Assembly (NCBI GenBank): GCA_016699385.1
Contig: CP064974.1
Coordinates: forward strand, 954,617-1,018,616
Reading direction: 5' to 3'
DNA from: Candidatus Moraniibacteriota bacterium
GTDB lineage: Bacteria > Patescibacteriota > Minisyncoccia > Moranbacterales > UBA1568
DNA length: 64,000 nucleotides
The notes under the pieces were generated by a model. The model ran no database searches and was not told the DNA's origin. It saw only the letters and a list, made by a program, of their open reading frames with translations. Positions 1-9,024 of this stretch are shown here, piece after piece (within the stretch, counting starts at the first letter, position 1; each line of letters opens with the position of its first letter). A program made the translations under genes and the position numbers.

Positions 1-1080
1 AATCACTCCGTTCCATACCGCATCATCGGCGGACTCAAATTCTACGGACGTAAAGAAGTCAAAGATGCCATTGCCTATCTGCGGCTCGTCGCCAATCACT
101 GGGACACACTCTCACTTGCAAGAATTGCCAATGAACCACCACGCGGAATCGGCAAGAAAACTCTTGAATCATGGCTTAGTGGAGCCAAGAGTGCAAAAAC
201 AGACCCCATCACCTTTGCTCGAGAAGATGAAGGAAAACAGCTCAATATAGCCATTTCCAAACAAAAGTCTGCTGCACAGCTCGCAAACATCCTTCACAAA
301 AACACCCAAAAACTTCTCGAAAAAGGCTCCCTTTCCACATTTCTCGCCACTCTCCTTGAAAGCGTCGGCTACATCAAAGCGCTCGAAGATGGTACAGAAG
401 AAGGCTCTGCACGCCTCGAAAACGTCCGTGAACTTTTCTCTGTCGCAAAGAAATATGACGGGACACCACTGGAAAACGCCATCACATTTTTCTTGGAAGA
501 GATTGCGCTTGTGTCCGACACAGATGCGATTGACGGCAGTGAAAACGCCGTACAACTCATGACTCTCCATAGCGCCAAGGGACTCGAATTTCCTTTCGTC
601 TTTCTTGTTGGACTTGAAGAAGGAATTTTTCCACATTCACGAAGCGCCCTGTCTCCTGCCGAACTCGAAGAAGAACGCCGACTTATGTATGTCGGGCTCA
701 CACGCGCCAAAGAAAAAGCCTGGCTCATATCAGCGGAAACACGTATGATATTCGGCTCAACACAGATGAATGCTCCATCGCGATTCATTAGTGAAATCCC
801 TGAGCACCTTGTCAGAACAGAAGAGCGAAAGAAAGGGAGAGACAATAGTGAATATGCCGACAGACACCAAATGCAAACACATACATCTCATAGCACAAAA
901 CCGCCCACACCACACAATCAAGCAACAGTGGAGAGTCTGCGTCCAGGAGACGCCATATCCCACCCCACATTCGGAAATGGCATCGTCATCAAAATAGAAG
1001 GAACGCTCGCCACCATAGCCTTTCGAACCAAAGGAGTAAAGAAACTCGCCCTTGGCATTGCTCCGATTGAGAAAATATAA
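1..1080 (+). CDS. pcrA: UvrD/PcrA-family ATP-dependent DNA helicase, C-terminal part. The 5' end lies outside the window.
   Basis: Frame 1 is open from base 1. Translation contains RIIGGLKFYGRKEVKDAIAYLRL and LMTLHSAKGLEFPFVFLVGLEEGIFPHSRS, which match the C-terminal helicase motifs of the UvrD/PcrA/Rep family. Stop at 1078-1080. Confidence 0.85.
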   Translation, partial: NHSVPYRIIGGLKFYGRKEVKDAIAYLRLVANHWDTLSLARIANEPPRGIGKKTLESWLSGAKSAKTDPITFAREDEGKQLNIAISKQKSAAQLANILHKNTQKLLEKGSLSTFLATLLESVGYIKALEDGTEEGSARLENVRELFSVAKKYDGTPLENAITFFLEEIALVSDTDAIDGSENAVQLMTLHSAKGLEFPFVFLVGLEEGIFPHSRSALSPAELEEERRLMYVGLTRAKEKAWLISAETRMIFGSTQMNAPSRFISEIPEHLVRTEERKKGRDNSEYADRHQMQTHTSHSTKPPTPHNQATVESLRPGDAISHPTFGNGIVIKIEGTLATIAFRTKGVKKLALGIAPIEKI

Positions 1081-1111
1081 ACAACTCAAACTCCCCCACA
1101 AAAGAGTTGCC

Positions 1112-2044
1112 TCACGATTTCTCCCGTCCTTTCCCATGAAATTTCTCATGCACTTCGCGAAGTCCCTCATCAGTGACATGCGTATAGATTTGCGTGGTAG
1201 TAATAGAAGAATGTCCGAGAAGTGCCTGGACACTCCGAATATCGGCGCCATTTCGCAAAAGATCCGTTGCGAAGCTGTGTCGCAATGTATGAGGATGAAC
1301 ACTTTTTGTGAGTCCCGCTTTCGCGGCAAGTCTCGCAACGATGCGCTCAACGGTTCGCACTGTAATACGCAAATCTTCAACAGAAGATTTCTTGGCAAAT
1401 CCGCGACGCGTCGAAACAAAGAGTGCTGGATCAACATCATGTCGCGTATCGAGATAGGACTGCAATGCTAAACGCGCCCGATCCGACACAAAGACCATAC
1501 GAAGCTTATTCCCCTTTCCGCGAACACTCAGCTCTCCCACTTCAAGATTCACCGACTCGCGATCAAGCCCGACAAGCTCAGACACACGCAAACCCGATGA
1601 AAACAAGAATTCCAAGAGCGCCCGATCTCGACGAGCTGTTTCGCTTACCCCCTCTGCTGCCTGACAGAGCCTATCAAATTCATCCGACTCCAAGAAATCC
1701 ACCTGTCGCTCAGGTGTTTTTGCTGTCTCGATTCGCTCCGGGGGCGCCGAGGCAATTCCCTCCTTGGCGAGATAGCGCAAAAATCCCCGCAACACAATAA
1801 TATGGTAATTTTGCGTTGTTTTCTTTAGTTCTCCGCCATGGACATTTTGCCTTCGATTCAAGAAGAGTCGGTATTTTCGTATACTCTCAAGAGTAATATC
1901 CTTTGGATCCTGAGCACCTCGCCAAGTAAGAAAACTCTTGAGCACTCGATCATAACTCTCCACTGTTTTGGGTGATCGTCCTCGCTCAATTTCCATATAC
2001 TCAAGAAATTTCGTCACCAGAGCCAGCATACCTGCCATACACAT
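1112..2044 (-). CDS. Tyrosine site-specific recombinase, XerC/XerD family
   Basis: 310-aa ORF. N-terminal core-binding region (ESYDRVLKSFLTWR) and C-terminal catalytic region with RHSFATDLLRNGADIRSVQALLGHSSITTTQIYTHV (R-H-R-Y catalytic tetrad context). The true start is probably a few codons inside the ORF-track start. Confidence 0.85.
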   Translation of the reverse strand: MCMAGMLALVTKFLEYMEIERGRSPKTVESYDRVLKSFLTWRGAQDPKDITLESIRKYRLFLNRRQNVHGGELKKTTQNYHIIVLRGFLRYLAKEGIASAPPERIETAKTPERQVDFLESDEFDRLCQAAEGVSETARRDRALLEFLFSSGLRVSELVGLDRESVNLEVGELSVRGKGNKLRMVFVSDRARLALQSYLDTRHDVDPALFVSTRRGFAKKSSVEDLRITVRTVERIVARLAAKAGLTKSVHPHTLRHSFATDLLRNGADIRSVQALLGHSSITTTQIYTHVTDEGLREVHEKFHGKGREKS

Positions 2045-2149
2045 ATATCTAAAAGATGTCTCATTGTACCCTCCCAGTATACCACACCCAAAATACCGAA
2101 ATTTTGTTTACTTTAAGCCAAAAAAATGAAAATAACACTCTGGAAACAT

Positions 2150-2178
2150 TGACAGCATCCCTTTGCCTTACTATACTC
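2150..2178 (+). promoter_or_regulatory. Sigma-70-type promoter upstream of the LysM-CHAP hydrolase gene
   Basis: TTGACA, a 17-nt spacer, then TATACT. Sits in the xer/hydrolase intergenic region, correctly oriented for the + strand gene. Confidence 0.5.
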
Positions 2179-2323
2179 AACTTTGCGTAAAAATCTTTGG
2201 TTTCGCCTCCGATGGAGAGCCCTCTTTATACCGGGCACCCCTAGGACTCGAAGCAATTGAAAGGACTCGCGTATCTCTACGCGCATTTTCAGGGGGCTAT
2301 TTCGTGTTCTCCGGCAAGGGCAA

Positions 2324-3466
2324 TTGCTTTTGCACAAAGGGAATACTCATATTCACCGCTTTCAAAGAAAAGGTGTTGTTTATCTCAAACAACACAAGAC
2401 CGTTCGGATTCTCCACCTTTTTCGTCAATACTCTGCGCTCACCGTCGTCGTGTCGAGTGCTTTTCTCGTCACCGGAACCAATATCGCTACACATGAGCAA
2501 CCCGGAAGCATGCTTTCCGGCTACTTTCACACCGAAAACGCCGACGCGCAGCAATTTCCCATGAAAAGCCCTGCGAAACGCGAAAGCCTCTCATCAGCCC
2601 CACTTGCCTTTGCCTCCAACACTGTCGACACTGAAGCGAAACTCGAAGACCCTTCAGAAATAGACGCGCCAAGCAACACTATTATTGCTTCCTCAGACCT
2701 TGCTCCCGTCATTCAAGAAGACCCTGAGGAAGGCGAGGGAGTCAAAATATACACCATCCAAGAAGGTGATACCCTTGGGAAAATTGCCCAGGATCACAAT
2801 ATCACAATCAATACTATCCTTTGGGCAAACGACATTAGCAATATTGATGAGATTCGCCCTGGCGACCAGATATTCATTCTCCCTATCGCTGGACTCAAAT
2901 ACATCGTCAAAGAAGGCGACACCATACAAGATATTGCCAAGACATACCATGGCGACACTGAGCGCATTATCGCCTTCAACAACCTCCCCGCCAATGGTCG
3001 ACTAGAGACTAACCAAGAGCTTATTATCCCCGACGGCTACAAAGACACACCAAAGCCTGCATCTGACAGCCTCCTCGATCGTCGCCAATATGCCACATCG
3101 AGCGGCGGAGCAGCAACAGACATCTCCGGCTGGCGCACCCTGAGTGGCAAAGCCGGCACAGGACACACCTTCCCTTATGGCTATTGCACCTGGTATGTCG
3201 CTCAAAAACGCTATGTACCATGGGGAGGAAACGCTGGTACCTGGCTCTACAATGCCAAGGCGCTTGGGTATAAAACCGGGAAATCACCACGAGTTGGCTC
3301 TATTGTCGTCACCACAGAAAACCGCTATTACGGACACGTCGCCCTTGTAGAGAAAGTGCTTGATGATTCTATTATCGTAAGTGAAATGAACTATGTCGGC
3401 TGGGGGAAAACTGACCGACGCACCATTTCTTTGTCAAATAGAAGTATAAAGGGATATGTTTATTAA
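2324..3466 (+). CDS. Secreted peptidoglycan hydrolase with two LysM repeats and a C-terminal CHAP domain. It is the candidate VirB1/PrgK-like hydrolase of the adjacent T4SS-like locus.
   Basis: Two LysM-like repeats (YTIQEGDTLGKIAQDHNITINTILWAN; YIVKEGDTIQDIAKTYHGDTERIIAFNNL). The CHAP core is GYCTWYVAQKRY...YYGHVALVEKV (Cys...His). A hydrophobic segment (ALTVVVSSAFLVTG) follows a basic N-region, so signal/anchor-like. The ORF-track start is a TTG, so the true start is uncertain. Confidence 0.8.
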   Translation: MLLHKGNTHIHRFQRKGVVYLKQHKTVRILHLFRQYSALTVVVSSAFLVTGTNIATHEQPGSMLSGYFHTENADAQQFPMKSPAKRESLSSAPLAFASNTVDTEAKLEDPSEIDAPSNTIIASSDLAPVIQEDPEEGEGVKIYTIQEGDTLGKIAQDHNITINTILWANDISNIDEIRPGDQIFILPIAGLKYIVKEGDTIQDIAKTYHGDTERIIAFNNLPANGRLETNQELIIPDGYKDTPKPASDSLLDRRQYATSSGGAATDISGWRTLSGKAGTGHTFPYGYCTWYVAQKRYVPWGGNAGTWLYNAKALGYKTGKSPRVGSIVVTTENRYYGHVALVEKVLDDSIIVSEMNYVGWGKTDRRTISLSNRSIKGYVY

Positions 3467-3517
3467 AATTCCTGAGTCATTCGAGTGCCACATAACACCT
3501 ATTACAATTCATCACAT

Positions 3518-3548
3518 AAAGAACTCCCTTCCTGGAAGTTCTTTTTAT
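3518..3548 (+). terminator. Rho-independent terminator after the CHAP hydrolase gene
   Basis: AAAGAACT-[11-nt loop]-AGTTCTTT hairpin followed by a T-run. Confidence 0.5.
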
Positions 3549-4193
3549 AACTCGCCCTTTACGCTAGATAACAATAATCTCCCATTTAAGTCGCCAAACA
3601 AAAAGTTCTACCATTCTGAGAGAAATTGAGGAATCCAACCTTTCAAGAAGCATCCCCTCTATCTCCTCAATTGAGATTCCGATCTGTCAACGGAGTAGAC
3701 CATTCACGCTAATACCTCAGATGGCGCGCACTCTCGTAGCAATAAAAGAAGATGAAGTGCTTTTGAAAATTATCCACATAGTCCTATACCTTTGCATCTC
3801 TCCTTACTAAACAGACACGTTTGTTTATATCCTGTGTACAACTAGGGTATTCCTTGTGAAAAAGTCTGGAAAAACTCTGTGCATTACTCACACAAAACGT
3901 GCACAAACCAACCACTACATCCACCAAGACAGCAAGATCATCTCATACACACTGACTCACCACATATCACCTCATTTGAAAAAGGTGAGAATACCCGCAC
4001 ATTCTCCACTTCTCCACTTCTCCACCGAACTAATAGTAATAATATTAAAAAATATTAAAAAAACAGTTACTGATTAATGCAAGGGGAGATACTTTGTGAA
4101 CTCATTTAGGAGAAAAGTAAAGGAAATTTCTCTTATCAAGGGATAGGTGCTCTGCGTTGTAGTTGAAGTGACACGTGGATATTTTGGAATTCC

Positions 4194-4218
4194 TTGACAG
4201 GTGTTTTCGTGGTATACT
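4194..4218 (+). promoter_or_regulatory. Extended -10 promoter for the T4SS-like gene cluster
   Basis: TTGACA...TGgTATACT (TGn extended -10). Located inside the 5' part of the longest ORF 4175..6217, which argues that the real start codon lies downstream. Confidence 0.4.
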
Positions 4219-4252
4219 TTCCACTAGAAAACTGTTTTTGTTTTTTTGTTGT

Positions 4253-6217
4253 GTGAACAAAAGTAGTAAAACAAAAAAAACTCTCTTGTTTCGGGCTTCT
4301 CTTTTTGTGAGAAGTCATCCAGCTCTGCTCCTTGTGGTACTTGTAGGGTGTTTTTTGTTGACGCCAAACATGCATGTAGTGCAGGCTGGTAGTTTTTTGG
4401 ATTTAGTAACAACGCCGAGCGCGTGGATTAATGCGCTTATATATCCTTTCTTTTTGTTTTTTTCATGGATTGTAAATCTTGCTGCAGGGATTTTTGTTTG
4501 GGTTATCAATGCGACAACGTTTACAAAACTCATGAATGCGGGGGCCATCTATGAGGTGTGGCTTATTGTTCGAGATTTTCTGAATATATTCTTTATACTC
4601 GTACTTCTTTTCTCGGCATTTGCTACGATATTTCAACTCGATAGATATGAATACAAGAAAACGATTCCCATGTTGGTTATTATGGCGCTTTTGGTGAATT
4701 TTAGTTTTCCTATTGCGCGTTTTGTGATTGATTTGGCAAATGTGCCAATGTATTTCTTTTCACAAAACATATTTGGAGTGGATGGGCCTAACGAGATTAC
4801 CTCTGGAGTATTGAGTGGGACAAAGATGCAAAATATTCTTATACCAGGAATTAATGATGATAAGTCATTGGTAGATTTTAGTACAACCCATCTCCTTGCA
4901 GCGACCATCTGTATGTTTTTATTTGGTATTTCTTTCCTTGTTTTGTCAGTGTTGATGTTGGTTCGTATGATAGCGCTTGCTATTTTGGTGATGTTTTCAC
5001 CAATTGGATTTGTAGGGATGATTACACCGGCGTTGCAAGGTTTTGCGAAGGGATGGTGGGATAAACTCTTTAAGTGGGCGTTCTATGGTCCAATAGCAGT
5101 CATGTTTGTGTTGGTGTCGGTAATTGTTATGAAGTCTGCTGGAGACTCAATATATCCAACAGCGGGTGCTGGAGGGGTATTTCAATCCACGGGAAATTCC
5201 GTGAATGATAATATGATATCTGCTGTTGCCTTCTTTACTATCCCAATAGTGCTTTTTTGGATCGCTATTACCTCAGCAGAGAAATATAGCAATGATATGT
5301 CAGGTATGAGTGTGAAGTTTGGGTCGCAACTAGGGAGAAAGGCTGGGGGATGGGTAAGAAAGGGCGCTTGGGGAACTACGAAGTGGGCTGCAAAGGCTCC
5401 ATTGAAAGCGATTGATAATGTTACCCAAAATAGAATCTCCGGAACTACTCTTGGAATTCGTGATGCTTGGAGGAATAGGCAGTCTGCATGGTGGGGTGGG
5501 AGTGATATTGAGAATCGAAGAAAGAAAGTTTCTGATGATGTGGCATCTTCATTGAAACGCAAGGGAACGAGTACTCAAGAGGTTCAGAAGAAAGTTGCTG
5601 AACATGAAAAAGAAAATACTACTGAGGCAGATTTGAGGGAGCTTGTTAGAAAAAATGGTGATATTGCTGCTGCAATGGTGCTTGTGAAGCAAGGGAAGTT
5701 GACGGATGAGGAGTTTGCAAAGGTCCGAGTTGACCTTGATGATACTAAGGATAAAGCCTTAGTTGATCTTCTTGAAGGAAAAGTAAAGGAGAAGCGGATT
5801 GATTTGGTTATGAATTATAAGATTAACCAGGAAGCTACTGAATTAATGAAAAGATCTCCTGGTATGTCGAGGGAGGCGGCATTGGCTCGTGTTGGGGAGT
5901 CGGTAGCAGAAAAAGAAATCAAGAAATTAGCGCCAAGTAAATGGAAGGAGCAGAGTTTGAAGGATTGGTTTAGTCTTAAGGATGCTGCTGGAAAGGAAAT
6001 CGACTATGACATTGATGATTCAACTGGTGTGATTGAAGTGAAAGATAAAGTTACGGGTGCAGTTATTCACTCAGAAGGAGCGGAAATTTTGAGGGCGAAG
6101 GTTGCAGCTGCTCGAACCACATTTGGTTCATATCATGGTAAAAATAAGGATAAAGCAATTGATGATATGACTGGAGAGAAATTCACAATAGGGCAGGATT
6201 TGAAGATTTTTGTGTAA
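4253..6217 (+). CDS. VirB6/TrbL (PrgH/TcpH)-like polytopic membrane protein of a Gram-positive-type T4SS. It has a long charged coiled-coil C-terminal domain.
   Basis: After a signal-like N-terminus (KSSKTKKTLLFRASLFVRSHPALLLVVLVGCFLL) there are about 8-9 hydrophobic helices over ~370 aa. The last ~300 aa are K/E/D-rich. It sits immediately upstream of PrgI-like and VirB4 genes. Start is uncertain: GTG near 4253, GTG near 4307 or ATG 4370 (the ORF-track start at 4175 is a GTG upstream of the predicted promoter). Confidence 0.55.
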   Translation: MNKSSKTKKTLLFRASLFVRSHPALLLVVLVGCFLLTPNMHVVQAGSFLDLVTTPSAWINALIYPFFLFFSWIVNLAAGIFVWVINATTFTKLMNAGAIYEVWLIVRDFLNIFFILVLLFSAFATIFQLDRYEYKKTIPMLVIMALLVNFSFPIARFVIDLANVPMYFFSQNIFGVDGPNEITSGVLSGTKMQNILIPGINDDKSLVDFSTTHLLAATICMFLFGISFLVLSVLMLVRMIALAILVMFSPIGFVGMITPALQGFAKGWWDKLFKWAFYGPIAVMFVLVSVIVMKSAGDSIYPTAGAGGVFQSTGNSVNDNMISAVAFFTIPIVLFWIAITSAEKYSNDMSGMSVKFGSQLGRKAGGWVRKGAWGTTKWAAKAPLKAIDNVTQNRISGTTLGIRDAWRNRQSAWWGGSDIENRRKKVSDDVASSLKRKGTSTQEVQKKVAEHEKENTTEADLRELVRKNGDIAAAMVLVKQGKLTDEEFAKVRVDLDDTKDKALVDLLEGKVKEKRIDLVMNYKINQEATELMKRSPGMSREAALARVGESVAEKEIKKLAPSKWKEQSLKDWFSLKDAAGKEIDYDIDDSTGVIEVKDKVTGAVIHSEGAEILRAKVAAARTTFGSYHGKNKDKAIDDMTGEKFTIGQDLKIFV

Positions 6218-6252
6218 AAGCTTCCCATTTAGTTCGGTGCGAATTGTGTTTT

Positions 6253-7605
6253 ATGATTTACCTAAAACTTACTGACGATCAAAAAATAGCTAAGGCAAGT
6301 ACGCCGGTGCTTGTTTGGGCTACTAAGAATCCAGATGATGAAACGAGAGAGCAAGTTATTGAAAATCATGAACGATTTCGGAAGCTCCCATTTGAAGCGA
6401 AGTATAAACTTGGGTTCCAATATACTCCTGAGGTTATTAAGAAAATAGGGGAAGAGTTTGGAATGGATCCTTTGAAGTTAGCAAGTATTTCACGAGCACT
6501 TCGTAATTTCTATTTTGGTGATATAAAAAAAGGGGATATTTCCAGATTTTTAGGGGAAGAAATGGAGATATCATTGGAGCAAGCGAATAGGGTAGCTAAT
6601 ACTATAATAAAGAGGATTATTGAGGCTCCTATTCCAAAAGAGGCTTCTGAACAAGTGGATAATCTTCCACTTCTTGATGCGATTGCGAAGTATCAGCGGC
6701 TCTCTGAGCAGACGGTGACGGAGGATCGTATTGTGGTGAAGGGGGAATCTTCGCCGGTTCGCGGGTCTCTTCGCAATTGGTTGCGACATTATCGTGATGT
6801 GGTGGGTATACGGAAGCATTCTACGATGGAGAGGGGACAATTTCTTTTTCAGGGGGATAATACCAAGCGGCTTTCTGCAATAGAGCGAGAAAGAGTTTCT
6901 TTTCTTTTGAAGTCACTTGATGAGAATACGCCAGTATCAATCGATACTGATCGGCAAGAAATAATCTTTCCAGCATTTGAGGAAAGAGGAAATGCTGCGT
7001 CTGCGACCACAGCGGAGAGAGTGGTTCCAGCATTAGAGACTTCTTTTCGACCGCTCGAGAAGTTTCCAGCGCAGGCAGCGCCAATTCGAAAGGCGCTTGA
7101 GTGGAATAGAGAAGAGGTGAGAGGAAATGTTCTTCCTGAAAAGCGCTCGGAAGTATCGCAACAGAAGGCATCCACAACTGAAGTGGCAGCGCCTTTTGGA
7201 AATATTGCGCAACAGCCTTTTCCGGAAGCGGCAAAGTCACGAGCGGTTGGTGTATCGGCGCCGGTATATACACCTGCTTCTCCTCCTGTAGCATCGGGAG
7301 CCCCCATTCCTCAGCAGGGAAATATGAGCTTTAGCTCGAGTCATGTGCTCCCGCATGAGAAAGCGATTGCGGAGGCAAGTGCTCCGTCGCAGGATGCGCC
7401 AGTGCAGCAGAGTCCTCCTTCGAGTGTTCCGGAGAGTCCTCGTGAGCCAGAAGCGATTAGTGTGATTCGGCCGCGCGGGAATCATTCTGGATTTCGTGGA
7501 GGCGCTGAGAAAGAAACAGTAGCGTTGCCAGAGGGTAGCTCTGATGCTCCGCGTGTGGTAAACTTACGGAGTTCGGGAGGGAGAAACGCGCGAGGTCGAG
7601 TGTAA
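6253..7605 (+). CDS. Hypothetical protein of the T4SS-like locus. Soluble, with a Pro/Ser/Ala-rich C-terminal half.
   Basis: No recognisable motif. The N-terminal ~230 aa are globular-looking and the C-terminal ~200 aa are low-complexity (PASPPVASGAPIPQQG...). Its stop codon overlaps the next start as TAATG. Confidence 0.5.
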   Translation: MIYLKLTDDQKIAKASTPVLVWATKNPDDETREQVIENHERFRKLPFEAKYKLGFQYTPEVIKKIGEEFGMDPLKLASISRALRNFYFGDIKKGDISRFLGEEMEISLEQANRVANTIIKRIIEAPIPKEASEQVDNLPLLDAIAKYQRLSEQTVTEDRIVVKGESSPVRGSLRNWLRHYRDVVGIRKHSTMERGQFLFQGDNTKRLSAIERERVSFLLKSLDENTPVSIDTDRQEIIFPAFEERGNAASATTAERVVPALETSFRPLEKFPAQAAPIRKALEWNREEVRGNVLPEKRSEVSQQKASTTEVAAPFGNIAQQPFPEAAKSRAVGVSAPVYTPASPPVASGAPIPQQGNMSFSSSHVLPHEKAIAEASAPSQDAPVQQSPPSSVPESPREPEAISVIRPRGNHSGFRGGAEKETVALPEGSSDAPRVVNLRSSGGRNARGRV

Positions 7606-8084
7606 TGTGTTTGTTTGGGAAAAAGGTAAATGTTTTCAATGTGAGAGTGTTTGCGTGTAGAAAAGATATCATTGGAATGCGCTCTATGCTCTTCAATGTC
7701 CCACAATTTATTGATGTTGAAGATAAAGTAGCAGGCCCACTCACTGCCAAGCAAATACTCTGGATGGTTGGGATGGGCGGCGTATTGTTTATTGTGTGGA
7801 CATTCTTTGATACGACGACGTTCTTTGTGTTGTCTCTTCCGATTATTATTCTCTTTGTACTCTTTGCCTTCTATCGTCCTTACAATCAGTCACTCCTCTT
7901 TTTCTCTGTGAATGCGGTCATGTTTTTCTTCCGACCAAAGGTATATACCTGGGATCGCCCGGGTGTGGTGAAGAATGACATTGTGAAGCCGAAAGAAGAG
8001 AAGGTGATAATAGGTCCGAAGTCACTGTCAATCGAGGAGATACAATCATTGGCGAAGGCGGTTGATGGTGGGAAGAGTCGATAA
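7605..8084 (+). CDS. PrgI/VirB3-like small T4SS membrane protein
   Basis: Motif IDVEDKVAGPLTAKQILWMVGMGGVLFIVW (the family has KIfFGLTxRQ before two TM helices) and a later FFFRPKVYTWD. The ATG overlaps the upstream stop (TAATG), suggesting translational coupling. An alternative start is MRSMLF at ~7677. Confidence 0.5.
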   Translation: MCLFGKKVNVFNVRVFACRKDIIGMRSMLFNVPQFIDVEDKVAGPLTAKQILWMVGMGGVLFIVWTFFDTTTFFVLSLPIIILFVLFAFYRPYNQSLLFFSVNAVMFFFRPKVYTWDRPGVVKNDIVKPKEEKVIIGPKSLSIEEIQSLAKAVDGGKSR

Positions 8085-8203
8085 AGGAAGTTATTCTTGT
8101 GAAAAAGGGATTTTGATACTACGGATGAAATAATGATGAATGACTTGGGCGATATTTTCTTGGGATAAATGGAGTTAAAACCCCACCTTTGTGGGGATGA
8201 CAA

Positions 8204-8926
8204 ATGGATAAAATCTCTCTACCTATGGAAACTCTGAGTGATACCAAAAAACCAGCAGCGCAAGATTCAGCATCGAGCACGCAACGCTATGTGGAGGTTG
8301 AAGAGGTGCGCGATGGGGTGATTGTGCTCAAGAACGGAGCGTTTCGCTCGGTGCTTCTGGTATCATCACTCAACTTTGATCTCAAGTCCGCAGAGGAACA
8401 AGATGCTATCATTTTGCAGTATCAGAATTTTCTCAATTCTCTTGATTTCCCGGTTCAGATAGTTGTTTCTTCGCGACGATTTGATATTCGTCCCTACATT
8501 GAAGTATTGAAAGACAAAGAGAATCACCAGAGGAATGAATTGTTGCGACTTCAGATCTCTGAGTATCAGAATTTTATCAAAAGTCTTTCGGAAGTATCGA
8601 ATATCATGTCGAAATTTTTCTATATTGTGATACCGTTTTCTCCTGTTGAAGATAAGGAAAAAGGGCTATTTCATAGTTTGACGACACTTTTCAATCCGGC
8701 AGGAGCGATTACCGAACGTCGAGAGTTTTTTGAAACCTACAAGAATCAGTTGTGGCAGAGGGTGGATCATGTGAGCTTCAGCCTGTCGCAGACGGGGCTC
8801 AAAGTGGCACCACTTAATACTGAAGAATTGATTGAATTACTTTACAACTCCTACAATCCATCGCTTTTTACAACGCGGCTGACAAAGAATATTGAGGCGA
8901 TTGATTTGGCGGTTGAAAAAGTATAG
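8204..8926 (+). CDS. VirB4/TraE/PrgJ N-terminal domain as a separate ORF (first part of a split VirB4)
   Basis: RDGVIVLKNGAFRSVLLVSSLNFDLKSAEEQDAIILQYQNFLNSLDFPVQIVVSSRR matches the conserved N-terminal region of Gram-positive VirB4 homologues (Tn916 Orf16 / PrgJ type). It ends 98 nt before the ATPase ORF and is in a different frame. Confidence 0.6.
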   Translation: MDKISLPMETLSDTKKPAAQDSASSTQRYVEVEEVRDGVIVLKNGAFRSVLLVSSLNFDLKSAEEQDAIILQYQNFLNSLDFPVQIVVSSRRFDIRPYIEVLKDKENHQRNELLRLQISEYQNFIKSLSEVSNIMSKFFYIVIPFSPVEDKEKGLFHSLTTLFNPAGAITERREFFETYKNQLWQRVDHVSFSLSQTGLKVAPLNTEELIELLYNSYNPSLFTTRLTKNIEAIDLAVEKV

Positions 8927-9024
8927 CAAGGGTGTACGTTTTTCGAATTTTCCCTGAGTATCTGTATGCGTACATTTTTTGGTAGCTGGAGTTTTTGAGT
9001 CGTTGAATCTGGAATGAAACATAT

